From: Octopus bimaculoides
Taxonomy: Eukaryota
Direction: 5' to 3'
Assembly (NCBI RefSeq): GCF_001194135.2
Contig: NC_068994.1
Span: forward strand, 15,233,842 to 15,297,751
DNA: 63,910 bases
Positions within the stretch are counted from its first letter, which is position 1; every line of letters starts with the position of its first letter. The notes under the pieces are model-generated. The model was given only the letters and a program-made list of their open reading frames with translations, did no database searches and had not been told where the DNA came from. Made by a program: the position numbers and the translations under genes. This document shows positions 54,407-63,910 of this stretch, one piece after another.

Positions 54407-57277
54407 TCCATTTGCAGTGTGCATGTGTGTGTGCCCATGTGCATGTAGTTTTGAATTGGTTTGCAGTGTATATTCCTGTTGATATAAGTTGGCTGAGTGA
54501 ATTTTCTTTTTCTTTCTACTAATGTTTGAATTAATTATTTTACATGTGATATAAGATAACGAATTTGTTTCAGATACAGCCAACAAAAGACCTTTGATAT
54601 TTTCTTAAATTAGATCCCCAAACAAAATGCTTTGCAGTGCCCTTCCTCAGCATTTATTTATTAAAGTTTTTAAAACTTTACTTCCAAAGTAATCATAGCA
54701 TAATTAGTTACCATTGTACCGGTAGATGAATACATTTTTTTTTTTTTTTTTTTTTTTTGTTAATGTAATAATTATGGTATTTAATGTACAGCTTTCTCTC
54801 TTTCTCTTACACTCTATAAAATTCCTCAAAATTATCTTGCAGTATTTTCTAAATAACAAATACTGAAATCTCTTTCTTTAAAAAGATTATCTTCTATTTG
54901 GAGAGGTTCTGTTCTGTTTTGAATTTTAACAAATAAGATTTACTAATAACTAATATTTTAACTTAAGTATGTCAGTAGAGAAACTATTTAACAGTAGATA
55001 TAAACTGGGTTTGTTTGTTTCTGTTGTATTTTCTATTATCTTATTACACGGTATTTGTTTTTGACTCTTGAAGCTTAGATATCAATGCTTTTGTAGGATT
55101 CTGTTGGCAAGCCTATTAGATCTTCTAGTGTCGGAGATTTAAGGGCTAGGTTTTCTCTACAGGTAAGCAAAACTTCTCCCATAAAAGTTTCTGTGACCCT
55201 TAATAATTCTTGATTGCTATTCGGTTTGCTGATTGATTTAGTCTTGGTCTTGTTAAATTCTTAGATTTCCATTAAACATGTTACTTATATAACTTTTAAC
55301 TTGTTTATGATTGCACATATTCCTTATCAGACACACTAAATTGTCAGTTATATTTCAATGTGCCTACTACTCATTTGTTATTTTCATCATAAAATTTGAC
55401 TCAGTAATACACTTCAACTGTTTCGAAAGGTAGCTAAAACATATGGTTGTGTGCTCAATATCAAATAAATAATTTCATTTCTTTAGAATTATTAGGAGGG
55501 ATCTTTTGTCTGTAAAATAAATTTCTTCAGCAAGTCATATTCAGTTCTTTCTCATCATGAGAAAATGGAAAAAATAATTAATGTAAATGTAAAAAAAAAA
55601 AAAAAAATAATAATAGTGACAGTATTTTTTAAAAACTAATAAAATTTGTTTAGCTTCTGGCAATTTCCTTAATTTTTATTTTTTACATATTAAAAAGAAA
55701 AAACAAAAACAAAAGGAAGAAAGAAATTCATTTTCTCAATTTTGTGTTTCTATTTAAACAGAAACACAAACTGCATAACCCTGTCAATCTATACTCTAGT
55801 ACTAACTCATTTAAGTAATTTCATTCAAAATTGTTTTATTGTTTAATTCTTCTGACTACACCAGACTTAGGTTGACCCATATTTTAATCACTTCTGAAAT
55901 TGATTTCCCAACAATTCAGATCGGTGAAGGCTTTAATTAAAGCTTGTAGTTTAGAAGATTTTGAGGTCATTTCCTGTCCCTTTTGCGTAAAACATCTTTG
56001 TCACTTTAAGTATATTATGATAGTCTATTAACAGCACTTAATACCATACTGTTTGTCAGCTGGAATTATGTTGGTAGGCCACTTGTAACTTGCATGTTAT
56101 GTTAATTTGACAAGACTTAATGTGATGGTTGATGTTAAAACTAGAATGTTTTCATTACTTTTATTTTAATTTCTATTTTTCCACTTTGTCAAAGGTTTAC
56201 AGCATAGATTATCTAATATATTCTCTACCTGAGTCAAGGTTTTACATATCAAACATTGTTTCCCATTCCTTGTTTGATTCTTTGACATTTTCACTCTTAT
56301 AGTTGTTCTGAATGCATCTTTAATATTAGCAAGATATTATTAACTTAACTGTTCTGTTGCCAAGACAGTTTGCAGTTTGTAAAAATATAAGTTATGGAAA
56401 TAGGTTGAGTATACTCAATATTTTTTTTTTTAATACCTTAAAAGAAGCAACATCCTTTTGAAACATTTTTTTTAAAGTGGAACTTGCAATGAAATAAAAC
56501 AATCAGAAATATTTTGGGAGCTTATACTATAGAATTTTCTTGCATATTTTTTTTTTAATGGGATAGGGAGATATCCATTATTTTTTCTCTTGAGTTAAAA
56601 TTTACTCGTCATTTAATTTCCTGCTAGTACTTTCTTTACTTAACCTTGACATCAATGTAGGCAATTGTTCTTCAGCACTTCTCTGTTAAATATTTAAATA
56701 CTATTAAGTTTAAAAGTCTTCATACAAACTGTAGACTATTTTGGTTTTTTCTTTTGTTTTGGTATATTCTTTTGCATTGGTACTCATTTAATGTTGTTAC
56801 TTGTATTCCAAACTGATACCTAATTAAATATGACAAGATATAAATAGTATGGATGTCATTATCTCTAGTGATTCTACCATTTTTTACTTTTATTTTATTC
56901 AAAAGTGGTGCTGTTTGCACCCCAGTATGACTACAAATGAGTCAAGATAGTTTAACTAATTATTGAATAATTTCTGTGAACATTTAGTTGTTTAAATTAT
57001 AGTTATGGAACATACACTTGCGTAATCTATTTTTGATTATATAATTTTGTATTCGGTTTTCTTTGAATTGAAGGGAAATAATTGTAATTATTCTTATCTT
57101 GATTATTTCAAATAAATGATTTGTGCTTTCCACTGAAACTGCTTCTCTGTTTAACACTAACCTAACAAACACTACATTGGCTTTTATTTGCCTCTGCAGC
57201 AACATGCGGCCAATACGTACGGGACACTACCTCGCACTGGACATGGAAACAAGAGCGGAAGAAAATCTGTGCGCTGA
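4074..57277 (+). CDS. REEP: REEP1-4 family (receptor expression-enhancing protein) gene, 5'-partial, spliced CDS join(4074..4187,16344..16476,29686..29814,39616..39749,55097..55162,57200..57277)
   Basis: All six exons have AG/GT boundaries and compatible phases (0-0, 0-1, 1-1, 1-0, 0-0, 0-stop) with no internal stop. The first two translate to [38 protein letters not shown]|[18 protein letters not shown], matching my recollection of vertebrate REEP1 [55 protein letters not shown] with the same intron position. The paralogue (1 vs 2/3/4) cannot be assigned. Confidence 0.9.
4560..5760 (+). mobile_element. Decayed RTE LINE 3' fragment interrupted by a SINE in a (TA)n run
   Basis: Reads [29 protein letters not shown]...GSEAWTV, continuing after 5520 with [10 protein letters not shown] and PKRTWDKV-like sequence, typical of the RTE ORF C-terminus. 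Boundaries approximate. Confidence 0.7.
5129..5513 (+). mobile_element. SINE family B (tRNA-derived head, (CAA)n tail) inserted in (TA)n
   Basis: A-box tggcccagtgg, B-box gtttcgattcc; near-identical to 7777-8151 and 46052-46336. Confidence 0.9.
6256..6520 (+). mobile_element. SINE family E (tRNA head, (TTTA)n tail) with 14-bp TSD
   Basis: acttactatagtca at 6242-6255 and 6521-6534; A-box tggcttagtgg, B-box gtttcgattcc. Confidence 0.9.
7777..8151 (+). mobile_element. SINE family B with 12-bp TSD, nested in an old minus-strand family C copy
   Basis: ataaagagctga at 7765-7776 and 8152-8163. Confidence 0.92.
10016..10490 (+). mobile_element. Two head-to-tail family C SINEs (10016-10225, 10245-10490) after an (ATT)n tract
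   Basis: Shared ggtgagctggcagaa head, ctgagttcaaattc B-box and tttcatcctttc.gggt.gataaaataagtaccagt core. Confidence 0.85.
10553..11147. mobile_element. Tigger/pogo-like MITE (TA target, CAGTAA TIR)
   Basis: Left TA-cagtaatccctcaccatattgcggg; the reverse complement of the right end is TA-gagtaaatcccttgactatcgcagg. Confidence 0.7.
10660..11023. mobile_element. Tc1/mariner-superfamily MITE nested inside the previous MITE
   Basis: ~29-bp TIR: tgccatatttgatggcctataagatgcac versus the right-end reverse complement taccgtatttgatggcctttaagatgcac. Confidence 0.8.
11532..11745 (+). mobile_element. SINE family C
   Basis: Core cctttcagggttgataaaataagtaccagttgaatactgggggtcaatgtaatcgac with ggccttgtgccaaaatttgaaa tail. 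Confidence 0.85.
14017..14850. repeat. Compound (TA)n/(TATG)n/(TG)n microsatellite
   Basis: Direct reading. Similar tracts occur at 1-260, 640-702, 1580-1650, 1800-1905, 3297-3400 and 20540-20690, and they flank most N-gaps. Confidence 0.97.
15258..15478. mobile_element. piggyBac-like MITE
   Basis: TTAA|CCCTTTTGC ... GCAAAGGG|TTAA (TTAA at 15254-15257 and 15479-15482). Confidence 0.75.
16344..16476 (+). CDS. REEP: REEP exon [44 protein letters not shown](D)
   Basis: ttaatttcgcag|GGC ... TTAG|gtaaga, 133 nt, phase 0-1; contains KSYSMSDL, equivalent to REEP [8 protein letters not shown]. Confidence 0.93.
17705..18096 (-). mobile_element. SINE family A, near-intact copy
   Basis: Reverse complement closely matches 32413-32830. 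Confidence 0.9.
18170..18700 (+). mobile_element. Internally deleted RTE LINE remnant
   Basis: Contains [22 protein letters not shown] (RT N-terminal motif) directly followed by PTKTWEKV...[10 protein letters not shown] (ORF end). Boundaries approximate. Confidence 0.5.
19653..19869 (+). mobile_element. Short form of SINE family A ending in (TG)n, with 12-bp TSD
   Basis: cttccacataca at 19641-19652 and 19870-19881 flanks the head plus microsatellite only. Confidence 0.85.
20050..20535 (-). pseudogene. RTE-clade LINE reverse transcriptase fragment
   Basis: Minus strand reads [18 protein letters not shown]...[16 protein letters not shown], then after a frameshift VRAIQALY...[18 protein letters not shown]...[10 protein letters not shown] (QFGF, DLxKAFD, GVxQG and YADD motifs). 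Confidence 0.9.
21428..21795. mobile_element. Probable MITE with imperfect ~45-bp TIRs
   Basis: Left tagaaa...aaatgattattactcccttcaaactttgctttt versus the right-end reverse complement tagaaa...aaatggttaatgtttccttcgaactttgctttt. Confidence 0.55.
22639..23260 (+). mobile_element. Two family C SINEs (22639-22827, ~23060-23260) among (ATT)n/(ATC)n tracts
   Basis: Same head and core as the other family C copies. Confidence 0.8.
26822..27123 (+). mobile_element. Family D repeat (RTE-type 3' end with (GAT)n tail)
   Basis: Near-identical to 40460-40825 (ttaggaagggcatc.agctgtagaaactct.ccaaatcagattgg...ccatgctagcatggaa); partial copies at ~1655-1775 (-), ~7060-7180 (+) and ~31200-31330 (-). Confidence 0.85.
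29686..29814 (+). CDS. REEP: REEP exon (D)[42 protein letters not shown]
   Basis: Very long polypyrimidine tract ...cctcccttcag|AC, strong donor GCAG|gtaagt, 129 nt symmetric phase 1-1, open in the frame inherited from the previous exon; charged, coiled-coil-like sequence. No family homology recognised. Confidence 0.85.
30420..30818 (-). mobile_element. SINE family A, diverged copy
   Basis: tacttgttttagtcattggactgcggccatgctgg...atgcctgcacc, colinear with 17705-18096. Confidence 0.8.
31440..31830 (-). mobile_element. Old family A head interrupted by a younger family C SINE (31556-31786) with 15-bp TSD
   Basis: ttgggaagcatactt at 31541-31555 and 31787-31801; family A sequence resumes after the second copy (gtttagcacacagctatgcctgcac). 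Confidence 0.85.
32413..32830 (+). mobile_element. SINE family A, near-intact copy
   Basis: Pol III A-box (tggctgtgtggtaag) and B-box (gggttcagtcccac) like head, internal (TG)/(TA) run, 3' gtaaaagagt repeats. Confidence 0.9.
35046..35500 (+). repeat. Minisatellite of five ~80-110 bp units inside the Helitron
   Basis: Units start with tagt(a/g)aaggacattttatac at ~35046, 35158, 35237, 35337 and 35422, each followed by acattttgtatatgagtgtg and a variable (TG)n. Confidence 0.9.
35504..36012 (+). pseudogene. Helitron RepHel helicase C-terminal fragment, frameshifted near 35695
   Basis: [39 protein letters not shown], then after a frame change LQATIITG...[30 protein letters not shown]...QLYVGCSRV: recognisable PIF1-type motifs (LLRNL, LCNGT, INKSQGQ, YVxxSRV). 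Confidence 0.92.
38346..38383 (+). CDS. Candidate short phase-1 terminal exon (A)[11 protein letters not shown]
   Basis: Strong acceptor ctttactttctttttctttcttctaaacag|CT with an upstream ctaat; phase 1 matches the donor of 29686-29814. Sequence-only support. Confidence 0.25.
39616..39749 (+). CDS. REEP: REEP exon (D)[44 protein letters not shown]
   Basis: ctctattattttag|AT ... GAG|gtaaga, 134 nt, phase 1-0, open only in the expected frame, GC-richer than its flanks; supplies the phase change needed to reach the downstream phase-0 exons. Confidence 0.82.
40215..41167. mobile_element. piggyBac-like MITE containing three nested retroposons (C fragment 40312-40431, D 40460-40825, C 40829-41042)
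   Basis: TTAA|CCCTTTTG ... CAAAAGGG|TTAA; internal direct repeats attattaag (40303-40311/40432-40440) and ttaagctagtg (40436-40446/41046-41056). Confidence 0.75.
42592..43277. mobile_element. Foldback-type element with ~245-bp inverted arms built from internal subrepeats
   Basis: 42592-42838 aligns by eye with the reverse complement of ~43030-43277 (gaatctgaaa(a)tgcaggagtc.tttaaaagtatttattaacttaactggtttcactta...); the spacer repeats the arm subunit in direct orientation. Confidence 0.9.
46052..46336 (-). mobile_element. SINE family B, 5' end lost in an assembly gap
   Basis: (TTG)n then ggcactccgtcgcttacgacgtcgag..., the reverse complement of 5129-5513. Confidence 0.9.
48766..48876 (+). CDS. 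REEP: Candidate alternative (proximal) terminal exon [36 protein letters not shown]
   Basis: ctaac motif plus ttgctcttctctgcag|GTT acceptor, phase 0 (matches the donor of 39616-39749), GC-rich island, TAG at 48874-48876. Confidence 0.6.
   Translation, partial: VRSSSYLGYPGYSGTGSLPRHRYSWSSSDYSRAWKH
49461..49519 (+). CDS. Candidate phase-1 terminal exon (E)[18 protein letters not shown]
   Basis: Acceptor ctctcattctgtttcaccag|AG, open to TAA 49517-49519 in phase 1; AATAAA at 49757-49762. No homology support. Confidence 0.3.
55097..55162 (+). CDS. REEP: REEP exon [22 protein letters not shown]
   Basis: gcttttgtag|GAT ... CAG|gtaagc, 66 nt, phase 0-0; the phase-1 reading hits TAG, so phase 0 is the usable frame. 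Confidence 0.75.
57200..57277 (+). CDS. REEP: REEP distal terminal coding exon [25 protein letters not shown]
   Basis: Two ctaac branch-like motifs, then cttttatttgcctctgcag|CAA; GC-rich island in AT-rich flanks; TGA at 57275-57277. Confidence 0.8.
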   Translation, partial: QHAANTYGTLPRTGHGNKSGRKSVR

Positions 57278-58535
57278 TTGATAGACCTCTGGCTGTACTG
57301 AAACTGTATCACCTCGTTGCTTTTGACAGCCTTCTCTTTCTGTGCCCATTCACTCAGCTATCCATCCATCTTTGTCCAACTACTTTAATTAACATGTCCA
57401 AACACCACATCTGATGCTGATGACAAACAACTACTTCTATTACACTATTACTGCTGCTACCGCTTTTATTTATTCTTCTAAATTACAGAACATAATCGAT
57501 TACTACATTTGTTGTTATTTATTATTATGATTATTATCATTTTTATAACTGATTTGCCTGACAAGCTGTAAAACTTATCCCCAGTTATAATCATTTTTAA
57601 GTTGTAAAGTTTCAGTTCACCTACGCTCCATCTTTTAACACTTATTTTACAGTGTAGATAAATATTGAAAGACTAATTACTCTTAGCCACATTTTTCCAC
57701 CATTAACAACAACACTTGTAGTAACATTCTTTATTTAACATAGAACTTGCTTCTTTGATTTCTCTTATCTGAGTTGAGTGTATATATGTCAATATTTATG
57801 AATGCACAGTATGTGTGTGTAACAGTGAAAGCTAGCAAATATGTCAATCACACATGAGTATGTGTGTGCGTATGTTTCTGTCTAAATGTTTGTGGGCAAA
57901 TATGTGTATGTATGTGTACATGCTTATTCCTAATTTTTTCTTTTTTTTTCTTTTCTTTTTGCACAACCTTTCGTTTTAACATTTAACTTAACATAATTAT
58001 TATAAATTTTCATTTACAACTTTTTAAGGAGTTTTAGTGACAAAATCTTTTTTATTTATTTATCTATTTATTTTTTGAATTCCACCTGTAAATATATTGC
58101 TGTATGTATTTATATACACACATACACACAACTGAATACACAATCAGTTGTTTCTTTCTTTTTTTTCTTTCTTCTTTTTTTTTTTTTTTTGTACATAGTC
58201 ATGTATTGAAATAACTGTTTGAATAAAATTATAGAACTTTTATACACATGTAGATTGTGTAACCGATATCCTCAAATTCTTTGACAAATAAAATGCATGA
58301 ATCATGATTGGAATGGGAAGATGGAAGTCTCAGTAAGACCTCAGTGTTTGTATATTGTATTTGATAAATCACCTGTGATACATTCCAAACTTTGCCATAA
58401 TCAAGAGATAAACTGCTGTGGGGAAACTGGTAACTCAAGAAAATGAGAGAGAAAAATAGAGAAATCAAATGGCAAATATCTATTAATCTTCTATGGCCAA
58501 GAGTAGTAGAATTATTTTTCCTTACTTTTTTCCTT

Positions 58536-58578
<43 letters not shown>

Positions 58579-61500
58579 CTTCAGTGAAACTTTTTTTTTC
58601 CCTATAAACTTTTGGTTATGTCAAACATTCCACTTCTCCTATAATTCCTCTTTCACCCACCTAGATTTTTCGCTTATTGCTATTCTTTAATTTTTTTTTT
58701 TTTTAATAAAAAATTTTGGCTTATAAATAATACACTAACTTAACACACAGCATATATGTCCTCACCTAACCCTATATTTATATTTACTTTACAGTGCTCA
58801 TCTTTCATTCATCCCTTTTAATATTTGTTAATTCAGTTGTGGGGGGGGGTTTTTGTGGGGTTTTTTTTTTTTTTTTTTTTTAAATAATAAATTCAAGTAG
58901 CGGGATGATTTCTATCATTGTCACCGTCCATCATCCTCAAACTGATTGTTCATGTGATGCTATTATTGTTTCGAAAACAAATGTATTTTTTTATAATCTA
59001 ATATCAGTTGCAGCGGTTGCACAGGTTGATTGGTTTTGTTTTAATTGTTACTATTATTATTACCACTATCCCTGTTAATACTTTCGGTATCTTACCTGTC
59101 AGATTGTTTTATTTTTATCAATGAGTTGTGATTAATTACTTTAAAAGTGCATTTAAGTATATTACATTTGTATGTGTGTGTATACATATATATATAAACA
59201 TACATACATACATACATACATATATATGTATATATGCACACACGCACACACAATTAGTTTACGAAAAAAAAATTTGTTTTTGTTCTTTTAGACAAACTCT
59301 GTAATGAATAACTGAAAATACCAACTGCTGTTTTCTTCTCCTTTCTGCCTGCTTTATCCAAACGTTATGTTTTACTATTTTTTCTTTAACGAATAAAAGT
59401 CATAAGGATATTCATGTACATTTGAGCTCGTTGTTAATGGCATAATTTGAGAAGGCTTCATATATATTTATAACAGTGTGTTTTTTATCTTTAAACTTTT
59501 TTTTTGTACTTAGAAAAAAAAATTTGCTTTCATTTTCTGTTTTATTTTTACCATGTCTTTCGTAATAAAATTTTATTTTAACATAATTTCTGCATTTATA
59601 CATACTCTATTCTGCAATCTCATTTCTGATAATCTGTTTTTTCAAAAATAATAATTGAGGAATCATTGTAAATAAAGGAATTAAATCATTGTGTGCCATT
59701 AATAGTGGACTCTATAACTGTAGTAGCATCATAACCATTAATAAGTTTTTATATATATATATATATATATATATTGCCACCCATAGTTTCTAGGTTAAAC
59801 TTGAAACTAATATCTCAGATAAGTTTCAGTTAGAAAACCCAACTAATTCTTTCCTTGTTTTCCATACACTCAAGAATTGTTTTCCTTTTCTTCATTTAAT
59901 TGGGGGTATTTTTTAAAATTCTGCCTTAACTCAAATTCAATCTATTCTTTAAATATCATGTTAGCTTGCATATAAATCGCCCTCAATCTGTAAGATAATG
60001 TAGTTCCAAAACCAAAGGATTTTCATGGCTAGCATGCACTTAAATCATAGGCCTACTTAATTAGGGTTGGTCCGAGGTAAAACAGCAAATGGGGTGCTGA
60101 ATATAAATAAGGTCTTGGAATTTTAAAATTAAGAATCTTTTTGATCTTGTCAAAATAACTGAACACAAGTTATTCCAGATAGGAAACAAAATTATCAAAA
60201 GTGAAATCTTTAGAAGCAAACAAATATATATTAAGGAATCACACACTCTTGTATTACAATATCCACAGACTTTATTAAAGTCCTGTCTGGGTAGCCAGTT
60301 TCTTGCAAAATATGTCAACTTGGTTAGAATAGTTTACTAACACTGTAAATAAGCAAAAATAACTGGCTGAGAGATCAAATTCAATTTTATACTTGAATTC
60401 TCTTTCGTGCAAGTGGCTTTTGTGATTTCACAACATCTTTACATTGCACACACCAACTCTTTTTAATGGTAATATTTGCTTGGACCTTGCTACATACAGT
60501 TCATTTTATCTTCACTTTCTAACCCATTTAAACACTACATACAACCGGTTGATTTTTTTTTTTTTTTAAATAATACATCTTGTTTCTGCATGTTCCTTTT
60601 CTTTGTTATTGTTTTTTTTGTGTTTGTGTGTATTTGAATCAGGAACTAGTTTACATTTATACGAATATGTGCAAAGATCTCTCCACAGAGTTACTATGTT
60701 TTCACTTTTTAACCTCTTAATATACCTGCTGNNNNNNNNNNNNNNNNNNNNNNNNNNNNNNNNNNNNNNNNNNNNNNNNNNNNNNNNNNNNNNNNNNNNN
60801 NNNNNNNNNNNNNNNNNNNNNNNNNNNNNNNNNNNNNNNNNNNNNNNNNNNNNNNNNNNNNNNNNNNNNNNNNNNNNNNNNNNNNNNNNNNNNNNNNNNN
60901 NNNNNNNNNNNNNNNNNNNNNNNNNNNNNNNNNNNNNNNNNNNNNNNNNNNNNNNNNNNNNNNNNNNNNNNNNNNNNNNNNNNNNNNNNNNNNNNNNNNN
61001 NNNNNNNNNNNNNNNNNNNNNNNNNNNNNNNNNNNNNNNNNNNNNNNNNNNNNNNNNNNNNNNNNNNNNNNNNNNNNNNNNNNNNNNNNNNNNNNNNNNN
61101 NNNNNNNNNNNNNNNNNNNNNNNNNNNNNNNNNNNNNNNNNNNNNNNNNNNNNNNNNNNNNNNNNNNNNNNNNNNAGATGTTGTGATTGTAGTTGTCACA
61201 ATAATGCCATGCACAACTAAGGCTGATCGTGTAAGATCAGCAGATCTCTCTCATATGCTGAATGTATTTGATACTTATGCAATGTAAAAAGGAAAAAAAA
61301 AATGGCTAACAAAAACGAGTTTGCTTTTTGAGTTTTTTTTTTTTTAATAAAATTATTTTATTTTTCTCTAATGTAAAATATGCAGAATGACTGATTGATA
61401 CAACTACAGATTATTTTGTATTCTTCAGGGCTGTGATAGTTTCTTTTTCAATTGTTTTTGTTTTGTAAATCTTAATGATGAGGAAAGAAAATGTCTTTTT

Positions 61501-63910
61501 TTTTTTTTTTGCTACTGTAGATTCTTGTTGACTCTAATTCCATAATAGAATAAACCACTCGTTAGGAGACATTCTAGATCTGTTAATTAGTTAGCGTCAG
61601 CAAAGGCAGATATGGATAGAAGAAGTTTCAAGCATTTCATAAGACTTGTTGCTGTTCTTTAACACCCCTTTTAGATCTCAAACTTTGATTGCATTCATGT
61701 TTCTGAAGCTGTGCTCATTCTAATTTTCCCTCTAGCTTTGCCCTATCTGGAGATATTTCATTCATAGCTTTGAGGATATTTACAAATTTTACTAGTAATA
61801 TTTTTTGTTATTAAAATATATGAGAAGCAATATTAACAAATAAGTGTATTTATTCTGAAATTGCTTTCTTGAAGTGTTGTTTCTGCAGTGTGCCTGAGCC
61901 ATTGCTTTTTTGTAAGGAAGGGTTATGAAAACATTTTGTGATTTTGTTTTTAGCCTTCATTTTGTTGCATGTGCATAATTTCAAGAAAGTATTAATTTGG
62001 TTTTACTCATCGATCTTAATACCACTACAGATTGCATCCTGCTGCCATTTACTTGCATTAATATCCTGAACGTTTCATTAAAAGTATTTTACTTTTTGTT
62101 TTTTTTTTTGTTGTTTGTTCTGTTCTAACTTTTGGGTCTCAGCTAATGTCATCATGCCAGACTTAATATGTTTTTTTCTTTGGCAGACATAATGTTCAGA
62201 GAGGGTTCTGAAGTTTTACCTTTTTGATGCCAACCTGGTTCCATGATACAAAGCTGTCAGTTTTGAAGTATTTAAAATTAAAACTGTCTGTCATAATTTT
62301 ATTTAAGAACCATTTTATTAAAGTGTGTTCCAAAGAGCATTTTATTAATGGAGATTTTAGTTACTTTACTTAATCTCTCCAAATCCTTGATTTTTAAAAT
62401 TAATCGAACACACAGGCAGTGGATTCCATTGGAAATCTGGTCTCAAAAGGGTTAATCTCCTCTGCTTCTTGCCAAGTCTTGCTATAATTTCCCCCTTTCA
62501 ATTGACTCTGTGAAACTTAATGTTTTCTAAGTTCTGGTCTGTAGTTTCTGCTTCTCATTTTGTAAATATCAGAATGTTTTGATAGCATAAATATATCTAG
62601 GTTTACGTTTCCTGAAGCAGGAAATCAAAAATAGATCCATTTAAGCAATATTTATTGTATTTAAAAAAATAATGAAACAAATAGAATTTGAATTTTGCGA
62701 TTTACAATAAATTCTTTCAATGATTTGAATGCATATAAAATAATAATAATAATAATAGTCTAATGAATATGTGAAAACTTGGCTTAAATGAATAATTATT
62801 TTTCCTTGAGAAAATTTCTCTCTCATTTTTTTTGATGAGGTTTCCTCATATTTTTTTCAAATGTTACATTGCCATGCAATGTAAAAGTGATATTAAAGGA
62901 TTGTTTGGGAATGCTTTCTCTTTGTTTTGTTTAATCTATGTAAGCATTTTAATTTCATCTTAAGTTATTTCTTAGGAGAGTTGTTTTAAGTTTTATACTT
63001 GTCTATCTTGAAAGTGGATTATGATAAAATTGGGAGGAATTTTGTATTACCTTTGACAGGGTTCTGACTTGCAAGTATATATACTTTTTTTCATAAATAC
63101 ACACACACACACACATGCACACACATATATATATATAGGAGTGGCTGCTGATAGAATTTATTCTTGTAGGGTGCATTCAACAGGTTATATAATCTGTGTA
63201 TCGTTTCTTATATTATCTAAGATAAGATCTGAATCTGCTTTGAGTTATTTTTTCATATTAATGCCAAGGCTTTCTGTCAGCAGTCTGCTATTTTCTGCTG
63301 TTGACCAAATACTCAATGCTAAGACAAATATTATAATTAGTTTGTTTATTAATCAGGAATTTTAAATGAGGTGATTTGTTTTCAAACTCATAACAAAGAA
63401 GGTAAGACAAATCTTAGAGGGTTTGTCTGGGCTCTGGTGCTATTTCAAGTGTTAATTCTCTGTACAAAGAACTATGCCATTGTTCTTGAAGGCTTAGCAG
63501 TTGCTTACTTTCTTGTAATGAAAGTCTATCATAGCAGTTAATTAGCTTGCAAACTTACTATCTTATAACAACAAACAGTTCACACGACACTCAAACAGCA
63601 CATTTCTTTGTTCTGATCAAAACTCTTTTGTTTTAAGCGTTGCTAGCATTGATTTAAATTTTTCAGAAATACTCATTTATAGTAAGTGTAGTTAGTTCAG
63701 TTTACCATGGGATTTACTGAACAAATTATTTTTCTTTTATATAATGTTGAATTTCATTAATTTCAACTATATTTCATTGGATGAAATTGGGGGGGTTTTT
63801 TTTTTTTTTTTTTTTTTCCTACTGTGAGGAGGAGTGAGAAGCCTATTATTTGAATAATATATAAACATATTTGATTCATGATAGAATCGTGATATTCTCA
63901 CTTTTTAACA
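57278..63910 (+). other. Probable long AT/U-rich 3' UTR or downstream region of REEP
   Basis: Follows the stop codon; many poly-T tracts and AATAAA hexamers (e.g. 58222-58227); no further convincing exons. The true 3' end cannot be determined. Confidence 0.4.

Noticed and set aside
57200-60020. Isolated miRNA seed matches (CTACCTC in the last exon, ACCAAAG at ~60011)
   Set aside because: Single 7-mers are expected by chance in this much sequence; they need conservation data.
61655-62456. Possible piggyBac-like MITE ending caaaagggTTAA at ~62456
   Set aside because: I could not find a convincing matching left terminus.
63135-63150. aggagtggctg, matching the family A 5' end
   Set aside because: Only 11 bp with no continuation; probably chance.

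Overview
AT-rich, microsatellite-dense eukaryotic scaffold with about a dozen N-gaps. The repeat landscape looks like an octopus/coleoid cephalopod genome; this is inferred from remembered SINE sequences, not from a search. Almost the whole window is the 3' two-thirds of one + strand gene of the REEP1-4 family (ER-shaping, TB2/DP1/HVA22). Six frame-consistent GT-AG exons (4074-4187, 16344-16476, 29686-29814, 39616-39749, 55097-55162, 57200-57277) end at TGA 57275-57277. The 5' exons lie upstream of the window or in gaps. There are several candidate alternative exons, including a second terminal exon (48766-48876) that repeats the RSSS...G[ST]LPR motifs of the distal C-terminus, and a 30-nt candidate microexon (3092-3121). 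The introns carry at least five SINE/SINE-like families, decayed RTE LINE pieces, TA- and TTAA-target MITEs, a ~690-bp foldback element, and a non-autonomous Helitron inserted into a decayed Ty3/Gypsy integrase, with several multi-level nested insertions. I found no prokaryotic-type systems, CRISPR arrays, rRNA genes or true tRNA genes. Most long ORFs in the supplied track are artefacts of microsatellites or N-runs. I cannot claim a new biological system; the best leads are the alternative REEP C-termini and the dsRNA-forming intronic elements.
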